Origin: a candidate division FCPU426 bacterium
GTDB taxonomy: Bacteria > Oederibacteriota > Muellerivitia > Muellerivitales > Muellerivitaceae
Direction of reading: 5' to 3'
DNA: 64,000 nt
Assembly (NCBI GenBank): GCA_963771075.1
Contig: CAVYSE010000016.1
Span: forward strand, 23,582-87,581
Positions 17,007-26,320 of the stretch are shown in pieces. Numbering within the stretch: the stretch's first letter is position 1; each line of letters begins with the position of its first letter. Below the pieces are notes generated by a model. That model was given only the letters and a program-made list of their open reading frames with translations. It did not search any database and had not been told where the DNA came from. Both the position numbers and the translations under genes were made by a program.

Positions 17007-18419
17007 CTATAGGCCCTTGAACCCGATCCCACGCGCGCGCCTTTGTATCACGATTTGGCGGTAATCCTCCTCAAGGTTTAATTCCCTCAATTTCCAAATC
17101 AAGGTGTTACGATGAAGGCCCAAGCTGGCCGCGGTGCGGGTTTGGTTCCCGCGGGTGTGTTCCAGGATCTTTCGAACATACTGCCGTTCAAACTGGTTGC
17201 GTACCCTTTTCAATGATATTTTCGGATCCTTCCGCGAAGGCGCCAGGTCGATCTGCTTCAGTAAAAGGTCGATGGGAATGTCTTCCAAACCCAGCTCCTC
17301 CTTTCCCGCGAAAAAAGCCATCATCTCGACGATGGATTCCATTTCGAGCAGGTTACCCGGCCAGGGATATTGGGTTAAATACTGGAGGGCGTCCTTATGG
17401 AAGGCCTTGGCGCCCGTCCGGGTCCTTTGACGGACATTTTTCAAGCATTGGAGGATCAATTCTTGAACGTCCCCCTTCCTTTCCCGAAGGGAGGGAATTT
17501 CGAGGGCGGCCCCGTTTAAGTGTTGGAAGAACTCCCGGCGGAGCGGATGCGAACCGGTTGGCAGGGGTTGGCGGGTTTCGATGGAAGCAATCACACGGAC
17601 GTCCAAATCCTGGGCCGCCTTGCTGTTCAAACGGATGAACTTTTTTTCCCGGAGGACTTTGGATAATTTAGTTTGGATGGGATCCGGGATAAACTCGGCA
17701 TGATCCAGGAAAAGGGTCCCATCATTCGCGAAATCCAATTTCCCGATCTGGGATTCTTTTTTGGGGGAATCCGGCCCCTCTAGCCCGAAAAGCTCACCGT
17801 CCCAATGGTTCCTGATAACGGAGGAAGCATTCAGGCGGATGAAGGGGCCCTTCGACCGGGCGCTCTGGCGGTGTATCTCCCGGGCGATAGCCTCCTGCCC
17901 GCATCCCGGCTCCCCCGTCATCAGGACGGGGACATCCTCCCGGGCGATTCCCTCGATTTTTTTCCTCAAAACCTTGATCTCGGGGCTGGACCCCAGAAAA
18001 ACAAAATGGGAATCATCTTGATGATCCTGCTTCAAATAACGGATTTCCTTTTCCAGGTTCCGTTTTCCCAAGGCCCGTTGGATGACCGCGTATAGCTCTT
18101 CCAACTTGTAGGGTTTGGTCAAGTAATCATAGGCCCCATTTTTCATGCTCTCCAAACCCGTATCCGAATCTTTCAGGGCCGTTACCATGATGACATCCAA
18201 CCCCTCGTCCCTGCGCTTGACCTGCTTGAGAAGATCCAGGCCGGAGCCGTCGGGAAGGAGAATATCGAGCAGGTAAAGGTCGTATTCCCTTTGCTTGATC
18301 GCCTTTAATCCGGACTTGAAATCCTCCGCGAAGGTCAGGTCGTACATTTCCTTAAGTGCGAGACGGAAGGACTCCCGAACGCTTTCTTCATCATCCACGA
18401 TTAAGAGATGGGCTTTCAA
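17007..18419 (-). CDS. NtrC-family response regulator (REC-AAA-Fis HTH) with degenerate AAA+ motifs
   Basis: Intact REC; YPWPGN; GNQTRTAASLGLHRNTL HTH; no GAFTGA. Confidence 0.88.
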   Translation of the reverse strand: MKAHLLIVDDEESVRESFRLALKEMYDLTFAEDFKSGLKAIKQREYDLYLLDILLPDGSGLDLLKQVKRRDEGLDVIMVTALKDSDTGLESMKNGAYDYLTKPYKLEELYAVIQRALGKRNLEKEIRYLKQDHQDDSHFVFLGSSPEIKVLRKKIEGIAREDVPVLMTGEPGCGQEAIAREIHRQSARSKGPFIRLNASSVIRNHWDGELFGLEGPDSPKKESQIGKLDFANDGTLFLDHAEFIPDPIQTKLSKVLREKKFIRLNSKAAQDLDVRVIASIETRQPLPTGSHPLRREFFQHLNGAALEIPSLRERKGDVQELILQCLKNVRQRTRTGAKAFHKDALQYLTQYPWPGNLLEMESIVEMMAFFAGKEELGLEDIPIDLLLKQIDLAPSRKDPKISLKRVRNQFERQYVRKILEHTRGNQTRTAASLGLHRNTLIWKLRELNLEEDYRQIVIQRRARGIGFKGL

Positions 18420-18869
18420 TTTACGGTCCTTGACGCGAGTTGTAGACGGATCATTCGCCGGTACTGTCAGGATTCAATTTTGTTCAAAAGATCCTCGGAT
18501 TTCAACTGCGGTGCCTTTCGAGCCCGCCTCAGATCCCTCCAGAAACATTACAGCCTATTACCGGGGAGGGATTGAAACCGATTCATTCGGATCTTTTCCA
18601 TTTTATTTCCGTCCAGGCCTAAAAAGGAACGAGGCCCCAGGGGGAAAACAGTCGGATAGGATTCATTTTGGCCTTTCGAGGGCTTTCCCGATACAAAAAT
18701 ACGGGCGCATGGGGAGGGTGGAAACGAGGAATCGCCTCATTTTTGGCACCATGAAAACGAATGAACATCCGCACCCAAAACAAAACCTTCATTCAGTGAT
18801 CGTTTCCCTCTTCATCGGGAAAACCGGGACATAAGGAATCTTCCCAAACTTTAACGTCTACAAATCTTG

Positions 18870-19808
18870 TCACCCGTTCTTATGTTTCTTTTTATGTTTT
18901 TTCACCGGCTTCTTCGGCGCGGGCGGGGGTGTCTTATCCTTGACCTCGGGTCCAAGCTTTACCAATTCCATCGGGTTCTTTTGAAGCAGGTCTTTCTTCT
19001 GGTCCTCCGTTAACAGTTTGGTCTCTTTGTGGTTTTTTCGGACCGAGCTTTCGACATAGGAAACGAACTTGGGAAACCGTGAATCCGGGGCGTCCGGCGG
19101 CTTCACTTCTCCCGCCTTTGTGAAGACCAAAGGCCGATAAAGCAAAAAAGTCAAGTTCTCATATTGATATTTGGGTTTTACATCCTTGTCCTTGAGGAAC
19201 CGAAGGCTGAGGAACTGGACCGGGTCGGTACCGGCACCCTTCACGAAGGCGTCTTCTTCCATTTCCGCGTGGTCCAGGTTATAGGCCGTCATGATCCTCC
19301 CCGAAGAGATCAAGAACAATAGGCATTGGCCCTTGGCCCCATAAGGGTTTTCGTCCCGATCACTCTCTGAACCTTCTTCCTGGGTCAATAAGTCACCCGT
19401 GGATTGGGTGTAAGGGATGACGTAATCCGGTTGGCCGTCCCCGTTCAAGTCCGCGGTATAAACCGCGCTTACCTCCGCCCCGTCGGGGATCTCCAGCTTC
19501 AAATCCGGCAGGGGATCGGGTTGGGTGAGTTGAAGGACCAGCTTGTACTTTTTTCGGTCGTCCTGCGTGACGTCCGCTTTAAGGAGAAAGGGAGCGGACG
19601 AATTCTTCAGACCGAACTCCTCCGATGTATTGCAGCCCAGGACATTACGGGCCCGGGTGACCATCGATTCCAGTGTCACGGGCGCCGGTTTCTCATTCTC
19701 GGCGTAGGGGCCGAAATCGTCGAACCAATCCCCGTAGGCGTAAGAACTGCTGGTACCCAACAGGAACAGCAAAGCGGAAAGCAGGCCAGCTCGGCGCCGA
19801 AAGCTCAT
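18870..19808 (-). CDS. Hypothetical exported protein
   Basis: Signal peptide MSFRRRAGLLSALLFLLGTSSSYA; one DLNGDGQPD Ca-binding-like motif; ATGA overlap with the upstream gene. Confidence 0.65.
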   Translation of the reverse strand: MSFRRRAGLLSALLFLLGTSSSYAYGDWFDDFGPYAENEKPAPVTLESMVTRARNVLGCNTSEEFGLKNSSAPFLLKADVTQDDRKKYKLVLQLTQPDPLPDLKLEIPDGAEVSAVYTADLNGDGQPDYVIPYTQSTGDLLTQEEGSESDRDENPYGAKGQCLLFLISSGRIMTAYNLDHAEMEEDAFVKGAGTDPVQFLSLRFLKDKDVKPKYQYENLTFLLYRPLVFTKAGEVKPPDAPDSRFPKFVSYVESSVRKNHKETKLLTEDQKKDLLQKNPMELVKLGPEVKDKTPPPAPKKPVKKHKKKHKNG

Positions 19809-21079
19809 GGGTTGCCTCCTTCCTCTTCCATCGGATAATTTGATTCCTTCGGGAATAATTCCAGGTATTTGGAACGGCTTATATATTGGGGAGCGAGGGT
19901 ATTGTCTTCCAGGACACCGGTTCCCTCGGTTGATTTCCACCGGTAGACCGTTTCCGGGTTCATGGATGCGGGGTTTTCGGCGGGCTTATCCCACTCCACC
20001 TGAATGGGCTTATTTTGCGGGTTGAAGGTGGCCACATAGGTTTGGGCCGATTGGGGGTTTTCCTCTTCTTCCGTTCCCTCATCCCACCGCGAGAACTCTT
20101 TCCACTTGGGTTTTGGGTAGCCGGTGTCCTCGCAGGACCGGCGGTAAACCTCGATCTGCTTGCAATCGAAGGGCTGGAAGCTGTCTCCCGCGAATTTCAG
20201 GCATTCTTCCCGGCCTTTGCCGTGAATGGTGAAATAGAGGTCATCCCCCACCGCAACCAGCATCCCCTCGGTCCGGTACAGGCGCATCGGCGGAAGGACC
20301 CGGGCCTTTCCATCCTTCAAAAGGTACATCTCATGGACGAAGGCGTTGGAATAGACGGGTTTGCCTGTCAGAAAGCGCAGGTAGGGATGGACTTCATCCA
20401 CCAGACGCTCCACCCGGCCCGTGTCGGACATCATGAAATCCACCAGGGTTTCCCCATCCGTTGAGAAGGCCCGGAGTTGTCCGGGAGTACGCATCAGGGA
20501 ATAGCGGGGATAAAAAAGAAAGCCCGCGAGGATGAGAATGAAGAAAAGATAAAGGTAGACGCCGAACCGACAGGCCCATTCCAGGTAGCGGGAGTGTTTG
20601 CTTTCGAAAAAGTTACGGAGATTCCGCAGGTCCTCGGCGTTGAAACAAGACTTCGGATAATTCTCGATCGTATTATTCTTGTTGTACCACATGATCCGTT
20701 TGGGTGTTTCCGCGAAGCGGGCGACATTCTTTAATAGCGACTTGTATTCCGATTCCGCAGTATGGCCGGTGTAATCCACCTCGGTGAACTCAAACTCATG
20801 GTCCAGATTGGTGATCCGGTTCCGGCCGGTCCATTTATTGACGGCGACGATAATGAGGGTGATGACGAAAAAGAAAAATAACTCGAACAATAAAAAGTCA
20901 AACAACACCACCGCCGATTTGAAATACATTTTTTGTTGGAGAAGGGACAACCCCCCGATTTTCCAAAAAATGTAAAGGGTCAATCCGATGACCACATAGC
21001 AAAAGGGCGGGATAAGATAAGCCAGATATTGCCCGACCACGATATCCCAATAACCGTTTTTCGCCTTCACCTTGAACAT
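19805..21079 (-). CDS. Hypothetical membrane protein (YcxB-like segment, three TM helices, soluble C-terminus)
   Basis: Hydrophobic segments; GAGGAG RBS before MFKVK. Confidence 0.55.
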   Translation of the reverse strand: MFKVKAKNGYWDIVVGQYLAYLIPPFCYVVIGLTLYIFWKIGGLSLLQQKMYFKSAVVLFDFLLFELFFFFVITLIIVAVNKWTGRNRITNLDHEFEFTEVDYTGHTAESEYKSLLKNVARFAETPKRIMWYNKNNTIENYPKSCFNAEDLRNLRNFFESKHSRYLEWACRFGVYLYLFFILILAGFLFYPRYSLMRTPGQLRAFSTDGETLVDFMMSDTGRVERLVDEVHPYLRFLTGKPVYSNAFVHEMYLLKDGKARVLPPMRLYRTEGMLVAVGDDLYFTIHGKGREECLKFAGDSFQPFDCKQIEVYRRSCEDTGYPKPKWKEFSRWDEGTEEEENPQSAQTYVATFNPQNKPIQVEWDKPAENPASMNPETVYRWKSTEGTGVLEDNTLAPQYISRSKYLELFPKESNYPMEEEGGNP

Positions 21080-21103
21080 AAGATCTCCTCGAATCAAGGA
21101 TGC

Positions 21104-22153
21104 CTATAAAGCGTGATATTCTTCCATCAAACGCCGTACTTCCTCCACCACTTCCTCCACCTTGATATCCTCCATGCAGAAATACCCATCACTTCTTTTG
21201 CATTCATAGGCCTTGCAGGGAGAACAATCGGGGTGGCGGGTCACCACCTTTACGTGCGGGCCCCATGGTCTCCAAACCGCTGACTCGTTGGCGGCGGAAA
21301 AGAGGCTCAGGATCGGGACGCCCGTGGCGGCCGCCACGTGGGTCGCGCCGGAATCGCATCCAATGAAGATCGAACAATGCTTCACAAGGACGGCCATTTG
21401 CCTCAAATCGAGCTTACCCACCAGGTTGACCACCGGGCATTCCAGACCGTCCAACACTTCTTGGGCGTGGCCCAAATCCTGTTCCCCGCCCAGCACCAGA
21501 ATGTCCGCCTGGGTGGCTCGGTGAAGTTCGTGGATGAGGGCCGCGAAACTTTCCTCGGGCCAACGTTTGGAGGGCATGGCGGCCCCCAGGTGAATGGCGA
21601 TACGCGGGATTCCCGGCAATAGTTCCTGGGAGGGCATATGGTCCTGGGCCGTCTTTTTATCCCGGTCATCCACCCAAAACTCTAGGTTGCGTTCCTTCAG
21701 GGGAATGCCCAAGTGCTGGAGGATTAGTAGGTTTCGGTCGACCTGGTGCATGTCTTGTAAGGGTTGGGGGATTCGGTCCGTTAAAAACCACCCCGCCCAT
21801 CCCAACCGAAAACCCATCCGCCGTTGTGCCCCGGAAAAACCTGCCACCAAGGCATCGAGCCGGCTTTGGTACCGGAAATTCAGGATCAGATCAATCGACA
21901 AGGTCCGCAGGAAGCGGATAAGTTTCAACGCGGATTTCCAACGAGGGAGCGGCTCGGCCCCGGGTTTGAGCCAAAGCGCGTCGAAAATATAAACCTCATC
22001 AAAATAGGGGCAAGCCTTGGCGAGGTCCGCCACTTGCGAAGAGACGAGGACTGAGATGCGGTCGTTTGGATAGGCTTGGCGCAAGGCCCGGTAAGCCGGG
22101 ATACCCAGGACGAAATCGCCAATACGATCAAGCCGTAATAGGACTATTTCCAT
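21104..22153 (-). CDS. Glycosyltransferase family 9 (LPS heptosyltransferase-like)
   Basis: RLDRIGDFVL, KRWP and GCDSGATHVAAA motifs. Confidence 0.9.
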   Translation of the reverse strand: MEIVLLRLDRIGDFVLGIPAYRALRQAYPNDRISVLVSSQVADLAKACPYFDEVYIFDALWLKPGAEPLPRWKSALKLIRFLRTLSIDLILNFRYQSRLDALVAGFSGAQRRMGFRLGWAGWFLTDRIPQPLQDMHQVDRNLLILQHLGIPLKERNLEFWVDDRDKKTAQDHMPSQELLPGIPRIAIHLGAAMPSKRWPEESFAALIHELHRATQADILVLGGEQDLGHAQEVLDGLECPVVNLVGKLDLRQMAVLVKHCSIFIGCDSGATHVAAATGVPILSLFSAANESAVWRPWGPHVKVVTRHPDCSPCKAYECKRSDGYFCMEDIKVEEVVEEVRRLMEEYHAL

Positions 22154-22238
22154 GACGGGGCATCTTACCAGAACTGCGCCTTATCCACAGATTCATTGGA
22201 TGGTGGCAAAATTTTTTTATTTTTCAGGGTAAAGCCGC

Positions 22239-25200
22239 TCATTTAAAGAAAAGGACCTTGACGATTTTGTGGATTTTATTTCCGGATAAAATGTCTGTTG
22301 TCTCTTCCGCGGCCAAATATAGGCCGGATGCCACCGTTTGGCCTGAAAGATTCGTCAAATTCCACGATGTTTGTCCATTCGTCCAGGAAAGCGTTTTAAC
22401 CAAATCTCCAGAGATGGTATAGATCCGCAAAGGCTCGTTTCCGGGTCCGGCGGGCAAGTCCTGGACGAGGCAACTGAAGGTCACTAACCCACCTGTCGCA
22501 ATGATGTTGGGTGATGCGGATAGCTGAATTGGGGTTATGGAATGGAAGGGATCAATATAAACATCCCTCGAGATCAATCTTTGATTGGAAAAATTCGGGT
22601 TTTGGATGAGCTGAACCTGGTAGAAGCCGTTGGGGACGACGTTTCCCTGTTGATTGAAGGAATCCCAAACCGCCACCACCTTTCCATTCACCAGAATGGC
22701 CAGCGATCCTCCGATTGCCTCCGGAAGAGGTTGGTAAGGGCTAAAAGTCAGGTTCAAGGAACCGTTCCCTGGAAAGACACCTGAACCGCACAATTGGCGG
22801 ACGAGTTCACCACGGTCATCAAAAATACTCACAGTTTCGAGGAGACAGTTAGCCTCTGGCGTGGCGGTTGCCGAAAAAATCCATGACGGGGTGAAACTTG
22901 CGGTGGAGACAGGGGTCGCGGTCGAGGTTTGGGTGAAAGGGGTTATGGGAGAAATGGTTCCGGTCCAGGTAAGGGTCGGGGTACCGGAAATGTTCGTCCC
23001 CGTGGGTGTGGATGACGCACTCGGAGTCGGTGTTTCAGTAACGGTGAAAAGAACCGTCCAAATGGAAGTGGGGGTGGATGTTGGGGTATCGGTTGACACT
23101 TGAGTCCAAACCGGGGTGGAAGTCGAAGTCGCGGTATCGGGAACATTCGTCAAGGTGAACGCGGGAGTACCGGTCGCTGTTTGGGTATCGGGAGGGGTAA
23201 GCGTATCTGTCACAAAGGGAGTGGATGTTCCAGTCATGAACTGAGTCGGGGTGGAAGTGACCGTATCAGGCTGGAGGGTCGTGGTGGTTGTGGGGCTTGA
23301 AGTTTGGGTAAGGGTGAACACCGGGGTCCAGACTTGGATGGGAGTCGATGTCGCCGTATTGGGAATATTCGTCCAGGTGGGAGTGGGAGTATCGGTCGCT
23401 GTCTGAGTGTTAAGAGGGGTGGGCGTATCTGTCAAAAGGGGCGTAAATGTTCCAGTCATGGGGTTTGTCGGCGTGGAAGTGACCGTATCAGGCTGGAGGG
23501 TCGTGGTGGTTGTGGGGGTCGGAGATTCGGTAAGGATGAATGTGGTTGTCCAAACCGGGGTAGATGTTTCAGTGGCCGTAACCAATAGAGGGGTAAAAGA
23601 GGTTGTCGGGGTTTGAGTGGTCGTTAAGGTATCGGTTGAAATAACGGTGGGAGTGTCCGTTAGGGTCCAGGTATCGGAAGGCACAGGGGTCAAGGTTCCA
23701 GTCGCGGTAAAACTATTCGTGGACTGGGGTGTCCATGTGCCGGTCTGCGTATAAGAATTCGTCACCGTGGGTGTTTCGGTACTTGATTCCGTTTCCGTTG
23801 GGGTAAGGGTGGGGGTGCTCGTATTCGTAAAGGTGTCCGTTGGGACAGGGGTGAGGGTATCGGTATCTATGGGGGGGGATGTGGATGTTCTGGTCGGGGT
23901 AAAACTAACTGTCGGCACAGGGGTCAGGGTGGAGGTGGAAGTATCGGAAGGAATGGCCGTAAAGGTATCCGTAACCGTATCGCTACTGGTTGGATAGGCC
24001 GTCCAGGTGCCGGTTGGCGTGAAAGAAACGGTGGCGGTTGGGGTATCCGTGGCCGTCCAAGTGGGTGTGGGCGTATTGGACGGGGTAGCTGTCATGGTGA
24101 AGGTTCCCGTCGGGTTCGGAGTGGACGTATTCGTTAGGGTAAGGGTATTCGTCGGCTGGGGCGAAAGGGTCCGGGTGGGTGTGAACGAGCTCGTGTCATT
24201 GGGGGTAAAAGTACCCGTAAAGGTATTGGTGGAAGAAGGGGTTGGGACCGTCGTTCGGGTGGAAGTCAAAGAAAAGGTTGAGGTGAAAGTATCGGTTTGG
24301 GATGGGGTATAGGTGATCGTGCCGGTAGGAGTAATGGTGTTCGTGAAGGTATTGGATGGAAGGAACGTAAAAGTGTTCGTCACAGTAAAACTCGCCGTTG
24401 GAGTCGCGGTGGGAATAAAGGTTCGGGTAAAAGTGAAAGAAGAGGTAATGGTTGTCGTTGGGGTCCATGTAAAGGTTGGTGTGGAAGTGACCGTTCCACT
24501 GGGAGTCGGTGTGGGTGTACAGCCGATGAGGACCGTGCTAACCGCGTTGGATAAAACACTGTTCATGGGCGTTTGGCCATTCAACTCGCCCGTGTTTGCA
24601 AGGGTTAGTCCACAATTGTTAACGGTCCCAACGACCGTGAGGGCACCGGCCACTCCTGCCGCCAAGTTACCCAGGGGCCAAACCACTTCCTGGCCCGTCA
24701 CGGTGGGAGCCCCGCTCGCTGAGGAATAGGTCAAACCAACGGGCAGGGTGTCGGTGACGGTCACGTTATATAGGGGTGGGTATTTCACGATGGAAACGTT
24801 GTCGAACCGGATGGTGCTTCCACTATTGGATTGGATTCCACCTTGGCCCGTGGGGATTAAAAAGGTGGTCGTGCCCGAAACCGCCCGGGTCCCGTTGACG
24901 TACAAATTCATGCTGACCCCGCCCGAGGTCATGGTGAGAACCTCGAATTTCACGGTGCACCAGGTGCCAGCGGTGATATTGGCGCTGCCCGTCGCCACGC
25001 TGGTAAAGGCCGCGCCGGGGTTGTTCCAATAGGCGACGGACACGTTGTTGGCGGTGCCCACGTTGAGTAAAGCCTGGTAATTCGACCCGTTAACCGTCGT
25101 GGTTCCGTCGAACCGGAAAAGCAGGACGGCGGTTTCGGTTGTTCCGGTTTGGATCTTCATGTCGGTTTGGATATATCCGTCCCCCACCTGGGTTCCGCAG

Positions 25201-25544
25201 TTGTTGAGGAGATAGGGATAATTGCCCGCGGCGGAGACTCCCTGCAGGGCCTGGGTGCCGGTCAAGGTGGGGCCGTTGTCGGTGACGATAGTCCAGGTTC
25301 CTCCGGAATTGGTCCATCCAGCCGGGAAGGCGCCCAGTGTGTCGTTTTCAAATGTGTCGGAACAGTTGGTATTGGCATTCGTATTGGCGTAATTAAGAAT
25401 ATAGGTAACGGCATTGCCAGGGGAGGCGCTGGTGATATTCACCGACTTGGTCAGGGTGACTTGGGCTTGCAATAGAACAGGGCACAGGAAAAGAACCGGC
25501 AGGAAGGGAAAAAAAGAACTGGAAACGGCGCGGACAGCTTTCAT
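22239..25544 (-). CDS. Large secreted protein: DUF11-like domain with inserted lectin-like domain, long Thr/Pro linker, two FlgD-Ig/T9SS-like C-terminal modules
   Basis: Signal peptide; LTKSV..PG..VTY and VTVTDTLP.GL.Y; T/P repeat; IYTISGDLVKTL..W..N.SGQTVASGLY. Confidence 0.75.
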   Translation of the reverse strand: MKAVRAVSSSFFPFLPVLFLCPVLLQAQVTLTKSVNITSASPGNAVTYILNYANTNANTNCSDTFENDTLGAFPAGWTNSGGTWTIVTDNGPTLTGTQALQGVSAAGNYPYLLNNCGTQVGDGYIQTDMKIQTGTTETAVLLFRFDGTTTVNGSNYQALLNVGTANNVSVAYWNNPGAAFTSVATGSANITAGTWCTVKFEVLTMTSGGVSMNLYVNGTRAVSGTTTFLIPTGQGGIQSNSGSTIRFDNVSIVKYPPLYNVTVTDTLPVGLTYSSASGAPTVTGQEVVWPLGNLAAGVAGALTVVGTVNNCGLTLANTGELNGQTPMNSVLSNAVSTVLIGCTPTPTPSGTVTSTPTFTWTPTTTITSSFTFTRTFIPTATPTASFTVTNTFTFLPSNTFTNTITPTGTITYTPSQTDTFTSTFSLTSTRTTVPTPSSTNTFTGTFTPNDTSSFTPTRTLSPQPTNTLTLTNTSTPNPTGTFTMTATPSNTPTPTWTATDTPTATVSFTPTGTWTAYPTSSDTVTDTFTAIPSDTSTSTLTPVPTVSFTPTRTSTSPPIDTDTLTPVPTDTFTNTSTPTLTPTETESSTETPTVTNSYTQTGTWTPQSTNSFTATGTLTPVPSDTWTLTDTPTVISTDTLTTTQTPTTSFTPLLVTATETSTPVWTTTFILTESPTPTTTTTLQPDTVTSTPTNPMTGTFTPLLTDTPTPLNTQTATDTPTPTWTNIPNTATSTPIQVWTPVFTLTQTSSPTTTTTLQPDTVTSTPTQFMTGTSTPFVTDTLTPPDTQTATGTPAFTLTNVPDTATSTSTPVWTQVSTDTPTSTPTSIWTVLFTVTETPTPSASSTPTGTNISGTPTLTWTGTISPITPFTQTSTATPVSTASFTPSWIFSATATPEANCLLETVSIFDDRGELVRQLCGSGVFPGNGSLNLTFSPYQPLPEAIGGSLAILVNGKVVAVWDSFNQQGNVVPNGFYQVQLIQNPNFSNQRLISRDVYIDPFHSITPIQLSASPNIIATGGLVTFSCLVQDLPAGPGNEPLRIYTISGDLVKTLSWTNGQTSWNLTNLSGQTVASGLYLAAEETTDILSGNKIHKIVKVLFFK

Positions 25545-25709
25545 ATAGATGTGGTGGATGGGGTAAGGAACTCTTCAAAGTTCCTTAGGGCGTTCGATCC
25601 GAAATCTCCTTTCGTTCATAATAAAGTGCTTGGCGAAATTATACCCTTGTTTCCTCGCAATCATAGGGCCCCCAATATGGGGTGGTGCAGGGGTCTATTT
25701 TCTTTATAT

Positions 25710-26300
25710 CTAGGGGGTAGTGCCACCAGACTTCGTTTGATCCTTGGCGTCCCTGACCAACATCAGGATGGTTTCCAACTCCCCGCCGTCGCACCAGATG
25801 GCCCTGCATGAATCATTGGAACAACGGTCAATCACCACTTGCGTCAGGCTGGAATGGATGGTTTTGCCCATGGATTCCCCGCAAAAAGGGCATTCGATTT
25901 CCGGGTAAGCGTTCCGCTCCTTAAGCGGTCCCCGTTGCTGACTCCTCCAAACCTTAGCCTTTTGAATTTCGTCCTGTTTAAAAGCGCCCGGGTCCCTCGT
26001 GATCAACCGGTCCAAAATCCCGGCCTTCAAAAGATAGCCATTACAAAAGGAACATTTTTCTACCGACGTCCCATCCAGGGTTTGCTCAGTTAAGGAGACC
26101 TTGCATCGTGGGCATTTCTCGCCCGACACCAAGCCCTGTACCTGCTTTTGAAAAAGGGGAACCAAATCCGCGATTTCCGATGCCTTTTGCACATTCTGCG
26201 TGCCAGCTGGGCAGATCCAGGTGCCCGGTCCCAGGGCGCTCATGGCCAAAAGCTGGGGACCCGTATAGGGTCCGGCCCATTGGTTGTTCAGGTAGGCCAT
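25710..26300 (-). CDS. GYF_2-like domain plus two zf-TFIIB-like zinc ribbons; probably the frameshifted C-terminus of the upstream M48 peptidase
   Basis: NNQWAGPY..TWICPAG; CPRC..CSFC and CPFC..C..C..WCDGGELE; this reading frame stays open upstream into the end of the M48 ORF. Confidence 0.65.
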   Translation of the reverse strand: MAYLNNQWAGPYTGPQLLAMSALGPGTWICPAGTQNVQKASEIADLVPLFQKQVQGLVSGEKCPRCKVSLTEQTLDGTSVEKCSFCNGYLLKAGILDRLITRDPGAFKQDEIQKAKVWRSQQRGPLKERNAYPEIECPFCGESMGKTIHSSLTQVVIDRCSNDSCRAIWCDGGELETILMLVRDAKDQTKSGGTTP

Positions 26301-26320
26301 AAAGGAAGCGCCTGCTTGAT

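Noticed and set aside
18295..18834. 179-aa plus-strand ORF
   Set aside because: Overlaps the NtrC-like gene start and upstream region in antisense; no recognisable motif or RBS
22542..25032. Numerous Val/Gly-rich plus-strand ORFs (also 54428-56765, 35684-36112, 63802-63993)
   Set aside because: Antisense shadows of Thr/Pro-repeat coding sequence
25656..25672. Possible sigma-54 promoter on the minus strand (GGGCCCTATGATTGC) upstream of the giant secreted protein
   Set aside because: GG-N10-GC spacing fits, but the -24 element is a poor match to TGGCAC; not supportable alone
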